Position numbers and translations under genes: made by a program
Shown: positions 1-9,955 of the stretch, one piece after another
Layout: each line of letters begins with the position of its first letter
Position numbering within the stretch: position 1 is the stretch's first letter
Origin: a virus
Taxonomy: Duplodnaviria; Caudoviricetes
IMG/VR virus record: IMGVR_UViG_3300010042_000016
Coordinates: 1 to 34,700 of that record
DNA length: 34,700 bases
Strand: one strand, 5' to 3'
Notes under the pieces: model-generated
Seen by the model: the letters and a program-made list of their open reading frames with translations, nothing else
Databases searched by the model: none
What the model was told of the DNA's origin: nothing

Positions 1-376
1 TTGTACTAAGCCATTTGAAGAAAAGCGGAAGTCCTGCCGGCATTGCAACCCCGATCAACAAAGGCATGATGTAAAGCATGCTCTCTGGTGCGATGGTCAA
101 ACCGATGAACTTCTGCACAGCCCCGATGACAAGTCCTGCAACTGCTGGCGAGCCGTAGCCAGCCATTAACATAGCTAGGCCGATGCCTGCATATGTTTTT
201 TTTGGTTTATCAAATCCTTCCTGCCATGCGCATACAAGGAATGCTCCGAGAAGTCCGAGAATAAATGCTTCAGGTGCAGCACCCATGAATTGACCGTTGT
301 GATAAAGCGCTACCGTCTGGCCGGAAACGTAAGCTGCCCCGCCTATTGCCGCTGCGTGTGTAATTGGTTCAGCCAT
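1..376 (-). CDS. Probable holin / multi-TM lysis membrane protein (3' partial; not in ORF track)
   Basis: ATG at 376 overlaps the upstream TAA (TAATG). Hand translation MAEPITHAAAIGGAAYVSG...AFILGLLGAFLVCAW...GIGLAMLMAGYG...YIMPLLIGVAMPAGLPLFFKWLST is open to the window edge with several hydrophobic segments, directly after the tail fibre genes. Confidence 0.6.
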   Translation of the reverse strand, partial: MAEPITHAAAIGGAAYVSGQTVALYHNGQFMGAAPEAFILGLLGAFLVCAWQEGFDKPKKTYAGIGLAMLMAGYGSPAVAGLVIGAVQKFIGLTIAPESMLYIMPLLIGVAMPAGLPLFFKWLST

Positions 377-792
377 TATTCCCCCGGTAAAATTATCTCA
401 GGCATCAACAAAACAGCTTCTCCCCCGCTCAGCATAGGTTTATTGCCTGCAATCACTTCCTGTTTGTATGCTTCTGCCTCTGCCCATACAGTGGATTCCC
501 ATTGTGCGAAAGGCAGGGCGATTGCTTTGAATGCGTTTGGGAAGCTGGCATATAGCATGAGCGCGTTTCCGCCTGAGAATCCGAGAACTTGAGCTTTCAA
601 ATCAATGGCCATCTGCAACGCTGTACGCACAGATTCAGAAGCCGCATTTATGTTGGGAACCCAAGCACCGTTTATATATTTATCAGCGGCATGGTCAGGC
701 GGTGTGGCAACTTCTAAAGAACCTAAAGGCGGCGCTGCCCCATCGAAGCTTCCAAGGTAGTTGCCATCTGAATCTCTGAAATATTTAGTCAT
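376..792 (-). CDS. Tail fibre-associated protein / assembly chaperone-like (138 aa)
   Basis: Directly follows the tail fibre. N-terminus YFRDSDGNYLGSF...EVATPP...KYINGAW resembles tail fibre assembly proteins. Confidence 0.55.
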   Translation of the reverse strand: MTKYFRDSDGNYLGSFDGAAPPLGSLEVATPPDHAADKYINGAWVPNINAASESVRTALQMAIDLKAQVLGFSGGNALMLYASFPNAFKAIALPFAQWESTVWAEAEAYKQEVIAGNKPMLSGGEAVLLMPEIILPGE

Positions 793-794
793 GA

Positions 795-1958
795 TTAGCC
801 CCTCACCCTTATTCGCAGCCGGTAGTCGGAATTTACAGCGGCAATAATTACCCCTGTGTCGCCAGTTAGAAGCGTGAAAGTGTTGCTGTCATTGCCATAC
901 TTCGCATAGATATTCGTGGCATCGGTTGATATTGCAACGCCCCGATTGGTGGAAGTAGAAGCCGCCATCATGTTTGCAGGAATAGGAATTTCACGACCGG
1001 CTGTATATCCATTGATGCCGGACTGTGGGATCAAGAATAACTCTACCGATGTTGGAGTTCGCCCCAAGCTATGAGCGATTGTTAGGGCGCCGCCAGCCGT
1101 TATTGTCTGATCAGAAGATTGGAAATAAGCTGAGAAGCCGAGTGCAGACAGCAGCGCGGCCGGCGTGATTGCTGTGAGGGCATTTGAGCCTGTCCGTACC
1201 AATGCTGCCGTTGCAAGTGCCACCCTGCCCTTGACCGCCGTGGTTGCATCGACCACCTGGGCGGCGATAGCTTGGGCTACACGCAAGGGGCTCATGTATT
1301 TAGTGTTCAGCGCACCAGCTTCGGCTTCCGCCTGCGTGGCAGCGACGGTCGAACTGGCTATTACGTTGGCGGCTGTTACAGCAGAAGCCGCAGCGGCAGT
1401 GGCGGCATTACCAGCGGTGACAGCCGCATTTCCGGCAGTGGTTGCATATCCTGCGGCAAGATCGGCAGATGCATCGGAGTCAAGCGCGGAAGCGGCTGAG
1501 TCATTTGCTGAAGCTAGGGATTCGGCAGCGCTCGCTGCTGATTCTTGGGCGCTAGCAAATGAACTTCCGTCGCCTGATATCGGAAGCCACAGTCCTGAAT
1601 CGAAGCTTATGCCTGACGTATGGGGAATTACACAGAGGTAAACGATTGCGGCGTATTCAACGGCATCATTTTGAAGGTAAGCAAAGCCAGGAGCCCAATT
1701 GCCAAGGGCGCGGCCGGTGGCGGCTAATAGGGAACGTGTCTGCTCGGAAAGAGCATAGGGCTCAATAATGCCGTCTTGAATCTTATTATCGTCGCGCTGA
1801 AGTGCGCGGAGATTGGTTTCAATACCAGTGATCGAGGAACTTACGTTGGCAAATTCAGTGTCCAGCGCCACGGTGCGGACAAGCGAGCGGCCTGCTACGT
1901 TATTTGTTTCCTCGTTTGCAAAGGAAACCGTGGGTTCATATGGCGGCGCAAAAGACAT
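795..1958 (-). CDS. Tail fibre protein (387 aa)
   Basis: N-terminal anchor, a W...Y..ND.V.Y....Y.C...HTS CBM-like module, an Ala/Ser-rich coiled stretch, and fibre repeats ATQAEAEAG..MSPLRVAQAI and DATTAVKGRVALAT. Confidence 0.8.
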   Translation of the reverse strand: MSFAPPYEPTVSFANEETNNVAGRSLVRTVALDTEFANVSSSITGIETNLRALQRDDNKIQDGIIEPYALSEQTRSLLAATGRALGNWAPGFAYLQNDAVEYAAIVYLCVIPHTSGISFDSGLWLPISGDGSSFASAQESAASAAESLASANDSAASALDSDASADLAAGYATTAGNAAVTAGNAATAAAASAVTAANVIASSTVAATQAEAEAGALNTKYMSPLRVAQAIAAQVVDATTAVKGRVALATAALVRTGSNALTAITPAALLSALGFSAYFQSSDQTITAGGALTIAHSLGRTPTSVELFLIPQSGINGYTAGREIPIPANMMAASTSTNRGVAISTDATNIYAKYGNDSNTFTLLTGDTGVIIAAVNSDYRLRIRVRG

Positions 1959-1982
1959 AAGTTATATCCTGAAGTTTGAGCC

Positions 1983-2014
1983 ATGGTAATTGCTACATCA
2001 CAATTCCATGCGTT
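1983..2014 (-). promoter_or_regulatory. Putative late promoter (copy 1) for the tail fibre/lysis module
   Basis: AACGCATGGAA (2014-2004), 15 nt, TACCAT (1988-1983). Same architecture at three other sites. Confidence 0.7.
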
Positions 2015-5000
2015 CATTCTTTATTGATAATCCTGTCCATCTTTTCCTCAGCGGCCGCAACGGTTTCGTCATAACTGCGCTGGCTGATTGCACCCTTATC
2101 CAGCAGGCGCGCCGCCTGGCGAATCTCGCCCCGGATGGTGCCGATTTCCTTGCGGTCCTGGCCCTGCGCCATGTCGGCCGATAGCTCAAGATCGGTCGGC
2201 TTGACCTTGATGCCGAGCGTTTGCGGGATAGCGTACTTGGCTTGCACTGGCAGACCGTCCTTGCCCTTGCCGGTGTAATCCTTGAAGGGTGTTTCAATCG
2301 TGGTGTCCGCCATGTCAGCGCCGGCCTGCATCAATCGATCAGCATGGTAGCCAGTTGGCGCGATGGCCGGGCTCAGTTGCTTGATCAGCCATTCGCCGCG
2401 CTTCTTCGCCTTCTCCGTGCCGGTGTCGTTCGTGTCCACCACATCCTTGCCGGTGAACGTGTCTTTATTCCAAAGCATGGCCGCAATGGTGGTGAGCACT
2501 GGATTGCTTGGCATAATGGGCGCAGGCAGTGGCGTGCCTTCCACTTGGTTATTGATATCGAACATATCGCCGCCCGGGATAAAGCGCGACACATCCCAAT
2601 ACAGCGGCAGGCCAGTGCGCGGGTCATTGCCCAGGCGAATCGTCTTTTCAGTGCCGAGCGCTGACTTCCCCTGCATCCATGGCGGCAGGTTCTTGCGTTC
2701 CTCGGCTTCCAGTTCTTTACCTTTGGCCATCTTCTCAGCAAGGTCGTCGTCATCGTCGCCAGCGATCAGGCCGTAAGCGATGGCATTCAGCCCGGCAATG
2801 GCCAGCGCAGGAGCAGCAAAGCGCCAAGGGTAATTAGCCAGCGTGTGCGCCAATGCAGGCACGGCCTTATAGGTATAGGCAAAGAATGGGATTGCCGCGT
2901 CGCGCACGTTGCGAGCAGTCTTCGGCAAGTCGTCGTAATTGAATATGTACCGGGTAGCGTAATCCACGGCATCATCCGGCGAGGCGCCGTTCTCGCGGGC
3001 ATCGCGGTAGATGAGGTATTTAAAAAAGTCATCCTCAAAGCGGTATGCCGCCGACATAGGCCGCACCAGGCCGAACGTCAGCACCTTGTAAGTCATCTGC
3101 GATGTTTTGGTTATCTTCGAATCTTGTTGCCCCATGAGCGCCTTGATATCCGCCGGCATGTTGGCAAGCAATTCCGTCCGGGTAATGTCGCCAGTGAGCA
3201 GGCCTACGTCCTTGGCTTCATCCAGATACTTAGAACCTTTAACAAAGTCACGCAGCGCGCCGATGTATTTGTGTGTGTCCCAATAGCTCACCCCGGCAAA
3301 GTGAGCCATGGTCAAGTTTGAGACTACGTTATTCATGTGCGAAACAGGATTAAGCACCGTCTTGCCGGCCTTCCAAAACGACAAGGCCTTGCGGTAGAAC
3401 TTCAGCAGTTCGCCCGATTCTTCGTATTGCGTGATGTGCTGGATAATGTCGTCGCGTACGTAAAGCCCGGCCAGGTTGCCATACCGCTTAACGCCGCCAG
3501 TGCCTTCGATATCAGCATCCGGTATCTTGGTATATCCTTCAGAAGCGCGTGAACGTGTCCATTCCTGATTCTTGGCAATGGCATCAAACATGCGGCCAAG
3601 GGCGATATCATTCTGCATGGCGGTATAGCCCATGACGAAACGGAATAAAGCATCGCGGTTCTCGCCCATAGCTTCACGTTCTTCCGGGCTGAAGTCACGC
3701 CAGATCACCACCTTTTCAGTGTCGCGGGCCTTTTCTGCATCGATCAATTCAAGCCTGCCCTGACGGTCTTTCTTCCAAAGCGGGTCGCGCACTTCCCAGC
3801 CAAGTTGCTCAAAGGCTGGCAGTTCATCAACGGTCACTTCCTGGAATAAGCCCCGGCCTTTCAGTGAGCCGCCACCCAGGCCGCGCACCGGCAATGCAGT
3901 GCGAAGTAATTTCTTGCCGAGGGTATCAAGCGCAGGATCCTTATCACGGTTGTAGAAGCGCGGCAGATACTTTCCACGCCAGCGCTCAGCGGTATCTTTC
4001 GCCAGCATGCCAAGGTCCACCAGTTCGGACGTCTGTGCATCCATGGTCTGCGACATTGCGGCCGCTATCTTCATCACATGATCAGGCGGTGTAACGCCGG
4101 TCTTCACCATTTGCTCAACCACGTCCGAAACAAGCGCACGTTCCTCGGGCGACATTTTGTTCATGGTCTTAGCAACGCCGCTTGCTACATCCATAGCCTT
4201 CGCCATATCGGCTTTGAAGTGACGAATCTGCTTGCGCAGTTCAGGCGATGCCATGCCGAAACCTACCTTGTCGGAAAGGTTCTGCGTGACGGTCGCGGCT
4301 AAGTCGTATGCATTGCCAGTAGGTGCAAGCTGAATGCGGCCAAGCTCATCGCGGCGGAATAGCCAGTTGTCGCGGTTGTCTACGGTTACGGGCTTGCGGT
4401 TGCTGAAGTAGGTCTTTTCGATGTTAACTTTTTTATCATCAAAAACGACATAGTTGTAATTGCCATCACCTTTAGCCCTGCTGCTGCCATCAAGATATTT
4501 GATTCCTGAAATGCCTAATGAGTTTAGGTATTCGCTCGCATTCTTATCCGTTTGATAACTAGGTGTCATTCCAGCTTGTTTTTGAATGGCTGGGATTTGT
4601 AACCTGCGGTAAATATTTTCCCCTGTCGTGTCCTCGCCATATTGCAAAACAGATTTTGGAGCATTTTCAATGGCCTCCTTAACAGTTTTAGGCTGATCTT
4701 TGTAGGGCTTATCCCATAACAAATATTCGTTGTCATTCGGAATCTCAACCTCGTAAAGTTGACTGCTGCCATTGACAGCATCACGCAACTCTTGAGAAGG
4801 ATCATAATTTTCTATATCTCGATAAGCTGCACTGATAGCCTGAGAGGCATAATCAAAGCCAAGCCACCCATCAGCATCCAATGCCTTCAGAATACGGTCC
4901 TGTTCTTTTGTAAAGTGACCAGTACCAACCAAATCCATTACTTCATCAAAGTCAGCATCATCCGGCAATTCTCTTTGAAATTGCTTGATGACTTGGTTCA

Positions 5001-8000
5001 ATGGAATGTTTTGACGGTAAGATTCAGCAATAGCCTTGTTGCTGGCAAAGTAAAGACCATATCCAAATGCTTGAGCACCTTCACCGGTGCCAATGTTATC
5101 AGTGCTGAATTTGTCGAACCGATGTGGCGTTCCGTGGAATGCACGGCTAAAATCGGCAATATCACCATCCGCAATACCCTTCTCTTTCGCCTTCAAATAT
5201 TCAGTAGCATCACGCAACAACTGAGCAATACGCACGTCGGTAATATCTTCCTTGGTAAAGCCATGCTCCTTCAAGAATTTACGGATAGCATCCATGACGC
5301 GCTTCACGATATTGTTGTGAAGATTGCGCTCGGCCATCACGGCGATGATTTCCTTGCCACGGCGATAGTCGGATAAGCCTGGCTGAGTTTCGTCTACCAG
5401 CTTGGCAGCATCGATGATGGCTTTATTGCCAGCCTTCTCGGCGGTCAGCACGCGGGCGGATAGGCGCTGCATCAACTCCTTGCCGACCATGTTTTCTAAA
5501 CCATAGTGGCCAATAAGCTCATGCCGGGCTACAGCCTGGGCGCGCTTATCATTAGGCAGGTTATTGGCGATCAGTGCAACGCGGTTGGTGCGTCCATCAT
5601 AAAAGCCTTCCACACCCTCGGCGCCTTCTGACTTGGCTTGCGTCTTAATGTAATCAGGGGCGTCGTCAATGGATTGATAAACGTCTACTTCCTGGTTGAA
5701 TATGTCTTTGGCGATTGCGGAACGTACTGCGGCGACGGTCATGCCGCCAGGTGCGGCGCTGGACGAAAGGTTTATGTTGTCGTTTTCAGTGCTGAAGCCG
5801 CCTTTATTTTTAGTGGCTGACTTGATTTGATTCGGATTAAAGACAATGGCCTCAAAAGTGCCATCGCTATTAGGAAGGATTACGCCATCATATCCATAGC
5901 GGCTTTCCAACTCATCCAGTGAGTATTTGTCGTATTCTTTCCAGCCAGCCGGGTTCTCGATCTTGGCATATAACTCAAGTATGGTGCCGGTGCCGGCCGC
6001 GCCAATCTCGCCATCTTCAATGGCTTTCTTATTCGAGGTTACCCAAAACACTCCCTGCGCACCCTTGCGCATATTGACCTTGGAGAATGGCTTGCTGGTG
6101 CCGTGGTATACAACGACAGGCTTGCCGGCATCATCAACTGTCTTGCTGTTACCAAACCAGTTTTTAAATTCAGGCGAAGAAGTCTGCCCGGCAACGCTGA
6201 ATGAAACTTCATCCTCATCGTCCGGCTCGGCATACTTATCCTGAGCATCAAATACAACATCGTCCAGGTCTTGCGCCTGTTGATCGCTCAGATTGGTATC
6301 AGCCTGTATCTCCTTGGCAAGCGCCGTCAATGCTTCCGCGCTATCGGCATCGGCAATGCGTTGCTTATAGGTATCAATCAGGCTGGTTTTAACGGCCTTC
6401 CGCTCTTTCGCAGGTGCTTTTGCGATTTTGTGCAAGTCGTTGAGAGTGTCGGCAAGCTGCTGGTCGCCTTTCATGGCGCTGGCAGCATTCTTGAATTTGA
6501 TGGGGCTGACAGCTTCCCCGTTCATCAGGTCTTTTGCCAGCTGCAGGGCTACATCAAACTGTTTTGACTTACCAAGCTGGTTGGCGGCGGCACGGCGCTT
6601 GACTAGGCTTTCGACGTGGCGCTTGATTCCTTCGTCCGGCGCGGAGATTGCCGGTTCGCTTTGGCTTCCTGTTCCAGTTCGTGGCTGGCTTTCACCAGGC
6701 TCCCCGCCTTGCTGAGGCGGGCGCTCAGGCGTTTCACGAATTCCGGCCTGTCCTTCTCCGGTACTTTGCTCAGAAGTTGTTTCTGCTTGTCGTTCAGTTC
6801 CATCGTCTGCCCTCGCTGCCTCAGTATTAGCGTTGCTTTCGGTTTCGTAATACTGAGAGATTGTATTCGCAATATCATCAGTCGTTGCATTATTCGCAAT
6901 AAGTTCGTGCCAAGCTTCATCATTGAGAAGTTGGTTTAAATTGTCCTGTTCTTCCTGGCTGGCCAGCGACCACGTATCGGCAGCTGAAGGCATCATTTCA
7001 TCATGAAAGTCCATGAGGGCGTCTACTGTGGCCTGCTCCTTCTTGCCGAGCTTTTCACCACGCAGCGCCTTCTGTACGGCTTTCTGCATGTAGGTATAGG
7101 ATGTACCAAGCGCACTGCGGATGACCTCAAAGTTGTAATCCTTTGGCTCCCAGGTAGTGCGGGTAACCTTATCGGCTTCATCGCGTACCATGCGCCCGCC
7201 GACCGTCGCCCAATCAAGATCAGGAAGCCAGGCGCGCAGGGCATCTTGTTTGTCGATGACGCGTTGCTGAGTAGGATTGTCGCGCCCGGCATCGTCTGTA
7301 ACCGGCGCGGCAACAGGCGCGGCAGTGCTTATGCTTGCATCTTCAAAAGGCGCGGCCGGACCCTCCTCTATTGCATCCGCCCTTCCGGCAATAGCTCCAT
7401 CATCATTATTCTGTCCAGCACCAGCGCTATCGGCTCCGGTATCTCCACTTGGCTGTTGTAATACATCGATTCCTCGATCAGCATCACTTGGCATGCTTCC
7501 TTGTGGCTCAGCAATCTCAGCTTCAACGCTTTCCGCAGGTATTTGGGAATCTTCAGCTGGCACATTTGCGTTTTCCCCTTGTGGTAATTCTTGCAGGATA
7601 TCGTCGTAAGTGCCGGGCGCAGTTGCTTCAACTGGCGCAGGCGCTTCGGTCACGACAGGCGCTTCTACTACCGGCTGAGTTGGCGTATTCACAAGCTCGC
7701 GTGCGGCAGTGAGTGCGTCCAGAATGCCGGTGGAATCCTGCGCTGGTACGGTGGCGGGCGTCACTGGCGGAACGGTAGATGGATCAGGCGCAACATTCAG
7801 CGGACGCTCAGCAATAGTCTTCAATGCACTACCGCCCGCGCCCATGCCGCCCGATTGAAGGATGGTGGCCAGCGCGGTATCTTTCAATTGCGTGCCGAGG
7901 TCGTCAAGCGTGGCGTCCTGATTCGTGCCGATGCCTGGTAGCTTATCAACGCCAAACTGGCCTAGGGTGGTCAATTCTTCCGAGGGCAATTCTTTCAGTG

Positions 8001-8793
8001 AGCTTGCTACCATGGCATTGCCAAGGTCAGCCACACCGCCGCCACGTGTCGCAGCACGCAGGCCATCGGCCAGCTTATCGAAGCCACCTAGTTTTTCACC
8101 GCCGACTTCAAGCGCTGCCATAGGCAATGCACGCAATGCAGCACCACCAGGTTCAAGCCCTTGCTCACGACCAGCGCCGTATTCCTGCGCGGAAGTGGTA
8201 GCGAATAAAGCAGGAAGTGCGGCCGGGCCGGTAGCCAGGGCAGGTAGGGATTGAATAACCGAACTTACCGCATTGGCGCCGGCAGCTGGAATGTCCTGAA
8301 CGATTGATTCATTACTGAAGCCTTCGACCGGCGTGCCGCGTAATACAGCACTATCCTCGATCTGTCCGGCAAAGCGTTGCTGGCCAGCGGCGATATCGCT
8401 CAGGGTGTTTGAGCCCAATACATCCGCCAGCGCCTTGAGCGCGCCTGCTTCGATTCTACCCAGGCCGGCATAGCCTTTACGAGCTCCAACTTCCAGCACA
8501 CCGGGCAGGCCATCTACAATGCGAGCGCCGGGCTTTAACTCGGCAGGCTTACGGGCGTTATTGAATATCTCATCGACCACGCCATCTGTGCGCGTTGGGA
8601 TAACGGGATTGGTAACGGGTAAGGGCTGAGCATCAGTAGGCGCTTTAACGACACTACCGGGCTGGAAAACGTCATTCAGCGTCTTGTAGAGGCGGTCTTT
8701 GATGGATGGCGGATTAACAACAGGCTCAAGCAGGTCGTCATAGGAGCCCTTAGCCTTCGGCACATCAACAAGTAAATCGTCGTATGCGCCCAT
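2014..8793 (-). CDS. Large polyvalent DNA-ejection/internal virion protein (2259 aa) with two ART-like domains, a metallopeptidase motif and an LPD38-like C-terminus
   Basis: VVYHGT...GYDGVI...EAIVFNPNQIKSA (about 6170-5790); RHELIGHYGL (5523-5500); AFHGT...GEGAQAFGYGLYFA...NYVVFDD (about 5145-4435); C-terminal IPFFAYTYKA...LPPW region. Last of the ejection genes before the tail fibre. Confidence 0.8.
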   Translation of the reverse strand: MGAYDDLLVDVPKAKGSYDDLLEPVVNPPSIKDRLYKTLNDVFQPGSVVKAPTDAQPLPVTNPVIPTRTDGVVDEIFNNARKPAELKPGARIVDGLPGVLEVGARKGYAGLGRIEAGALKALADVLGSNTLSDIAAGQQRFAGQIEDSAVLRGTPVEGFSNESIVQDIPAAGANAVSSVIQSLPALATGPAALPALFATTSAQEYGAGREQGLEPGGAALRALPMAALEVGGEKLGGFDKLADGLRAATRGGGVADLGNAMVASSLKELPSEELTTLGQFGVDKLPGIGTNQDATLDDLGTQLKDTALATILQSGGMGAGGSALKTIAERPLNVAPDPSTVPPVTPATVPAQDSTGILDALTAARELVNTPTQPVVEAPVVTEAPAPVEATAPGTYDDILQELPQGENANVPAEDSQIPAESVEAEIAEPQGSMPSDADRGIDVLQQPSGDTGADSAGAGQNNDDGAIAGRADAIEEGPAAPFEDASISTAAPVAAPVTDDAGRDNPTQQRVIDKQDALRAWLPDLDWATVGGRMVRDEADKVTRTTWEPKDYNFEVIRSALGTSYTYMQKAVQKALRGEKLGKKEQATVDALMDFHDEMMPSAADTWSLASQEEQDNLNQLLNDEAWHELIANNATTDDIANTISQYYETESNANTEAARADDGTERQAETTSEQSTGEGQAGIRETPERPPQQGGEPGESQPRTGTGSQSEPAISAPDEGIKRHVESLVKRRAAANQLGKSKQFDVALQLAKDLMNGEAVSPIKFKNAASAMKGDQQLADTLNDLHKIAKAPAKERKAVKTSLIDTYKQRIADADSAEALTALAKEIQADTNLSDQQAQDLDDVVFDAQDKYAEPDDEDEVSFSVAGQTSSPEFKNWFGNSKTVDDAGKPVVVYHGTSKPFSKVNMRKGAQGVFWVTSNKKAIEDGEIGAAGTGTILELYAKIENPAGWKEYDKYSLDELESRYGYDGVILPNSDGTFEAIVFNPNQIKSATKNKGGFSTENDNINLSSSAAPGGMTVAAVRSAIAKDIFNQEVDVYQSIDDAPDYIKTQAKSEGAEGVEGFYDGRTNRVALIANNLPNDKRAQAVARHELIGHYGLENMVGKELMQRLSARVLTAEKAGNKAIIDAAKLVDETQPGLSDYRRGKEIIAVMAERNLHNNIVKRVMDAIRKFLKEHGFTKEDITDVRIAQLLRDATEYLKAKEKGIADGDIADFSRAFHGTPHRFDKFSTDNIGTGEGAQAFGYGLYFASNKAIAESYRQNIPLNQVIKQFQRELPDDADFDEVMDLVGTGHFTKEQDRILKALDADGWLGFDYASQAISAAYRDIENYDPSQELRDAVNGSSQLYEVEIPNDNEYLLWDKPYKDQPKTVKEAIENAPKSVLQYGEDTTGENIYRRLQIPAIQKQAGMTPSYQTDKNASEYLNSLGISGIKYLDGSSRAKGDGNYNYVVFDDKKVNIEKTYFSNRKPVTVDNRDNWLFRRDELGRIQLAPTGNAYDLAATVTQNLSDKVGFGMASPELRKQIRHFKADMAKAMDVASGVAKTMNKMSPEERALVSDVVEQMVKTGVTPPDHVMKIAAAMSQTMDAQTSELVDLGMLAKDTAERWRGKYLPRFYNRDKDPALDTLGKKLLRTALPVRGLGGGSLKGRGLFQEVTVDELPAFEQLGWEVRDPLWKKDRQGRLELIDAEKARDTEKVVIWRDFSPEEREAMGENRDALFRFVMGYTAMQNDIALGRMFDAIAKNQEWTRSRASEGYTKIPDADIEGTGGVKRYGNLAGLYVRDDIIQHITQYEESGELLKFYRKALSFWKAGKTVLNPVSHMNNVVSNLTMAHFAGVSYWDTHKYIGALRDFVKGSKYLDEAKDVGLLTGDITRTELLANMPADIKALMGQQDSKITKTSQMTYKVLTFGLVRPMSAAYRFEDDFFKYLIYRDARENGASPDDAVDYATRYIFNYDDLPKTARNVRDAAIPFFAYTYKAVPALAHTLANYPWRFAAPALAIAGLNAIAYGLIAGDDDDDLAEKMAKGKELEAEERKNLPPWMQGKSALGTEKTIRLGNDPRTGLPLYWDVSRFIPGGDMFDINNQVEGTPLPAPIMPSNPVLTTIAAMLWNKDTFTGKDVVDTNDTGTEKAKKRGEWLIKQLSPAIAPTGYHADRLMQAGADMADTTIETPFKDYTGKGKDGLPVQAKYAIPQTLGIKVKPTDLELSADMAQGQDRKEIGTIRGEIRQAARLLDKGAISQRSYDETVAAAEEKMDRIINKE

Positions 8794-9947
8794 TATTTCA
8801 CCACTTTATTCTTGCGTGCTCTCTCAGTGATTCGCTTCTGAACTTCGGGATTGCCCGCTGCTCGCTTGTAAGCATCAAGGTATTCCTGATAAGCAGCACT
8901 CGGCTCCTTGGTTTCAGCCTGGTCCGCTCCCCGGTAAAACTTGGCGGCATCGATGTTGTGCTCTTTAAGCCACTTGCGCTGATAGGCTTGGTAATCAGGC
9001 GCGCCATTGGGGCGCTTACTGTTCAGGCTGTTGATTGGGAATTCCGCATTGAAGTCTGCACGGATATCGTCGCGCACCTGGGCGAAGTCTTTTGATTCAG
9101 CTTTGCTTGCAGACGAGCCATCGCCCTTGCCGGATGCAACGCCTTTCTTGCGCTCCGTAGCAAGCCCCGCCTGAGCATAATTCTCAGCGGCGCCAGCATT
9201 GGATTGATTGGCAGAGGCCTTGTCTTTGATGATTTCAGCATCGCCCACGCCATTCAGTATTTGATCGCCAGTGAGCTTGTCCATGGTGCCAACGTTGCCG
9301 GTATTGTCATAGCGCGTCTTGCCATCGGAAAGAAGTAGGGCTGTGGCCATGTCGTTATTGCCAGCCTGTGGCCCGGCTAATTTCTGGCTGAGCACAGCTT
9401 GCAGAATCTTTAGTGGATCCTTACCGTCGATGGCATTGGCCTGCGTTGCGATATCCACCACGTTATCGGGCTTCATCTTTGCAGTGATCGCGTTGCGCTG
9501 ATCGCCACGTATACTGCCGGATAGGTGCTCAAGGTTTTTATCGCCTAGTGCAAGCATCTGCTTCAGCCCGGCAAACTTCTGCTGCAGCTCAGGGAATTTG
9601 CTTACATACTCAGGAATTGGCACGGCATTGTTACCGCTATCGTATTGCGCCTGGGTAGGTGGGCCAGCAGGTGCACGCAGCTCGCCTGCAGTGGCACGAT
9701 TGAAGTCTGCCCGGCCCATGGGTGAATTGAAGCCGCCAGCAACGGCCAACGACTTAACCAAGCTGTCATCGCTCGACATTTCCGTTTCGGCGCGCTTGGC
9801 TTCGGCTTGGGCATCCTGAAGGGCTATCTGTGAATTAAGCTCATTGATGCGAGTGCCATTCAGCGCCCCGGCATCGCGTGCGTATGGACTATTGCTGCTG
9901 GCAAGCAGTTGACCGAGGGAAGCGCCGAGCCGTGCATTGGTTTGCAT
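8793..9947 (-). CDS. Putative ejection (internal virion) protein (384 aa)
   Basis: Ala/Gln/Gly-rich and predicted helical; lies in the ejection cluster; TAATG coupling to the giant gene. Confidence 0.6.
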   Translation of the reverse strand: MQTNARLGASLGQLLASSNSPYARDAGALNGTRINELNSQIALQDAQAEAKRAETEMSSDDSLVKSLAVAGGFNSPMGRADFNRATAGELRAPAGPPTQAQYDSGNNAVPIPEYVSKFPELQQKFAGLKQMLALGDKNLEHLSGSIRGDQRNAITAKMKPDNVVDIATQANAIDGKDPLKILQAVLSQKLAGPQAGNNDMATALLLSDGKTRYDNTGNVGTMDKLTGDQILNGVGDAEIIKDKASANQSNAGAAENYAQAGLATERKKGVASGKGDGSSASKAESKDFAQVRDDIRADFNAEFPINSLNSKRPNGAPDYQAYQRKWLKEHNIDAAKFYRGADQAETKEPSAAYQEYLDAYKRAAGNPEVQKRITERARKNKVVK

Positions 9948-9955
9948 AAATTATC

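Noticed and set aside
795-1958. Diversity-generating retroelement target in the tail fibre, as in BPP-1-like podoviruses
   Set aside because: No reverse transcriptase and no template/variable repeat pair seen in the window.
4759-5376. 205-aa plus-strand ORF and similar ORFs opposite the giant gene
   Set aside because: Antisense shadows with no protein-like features.
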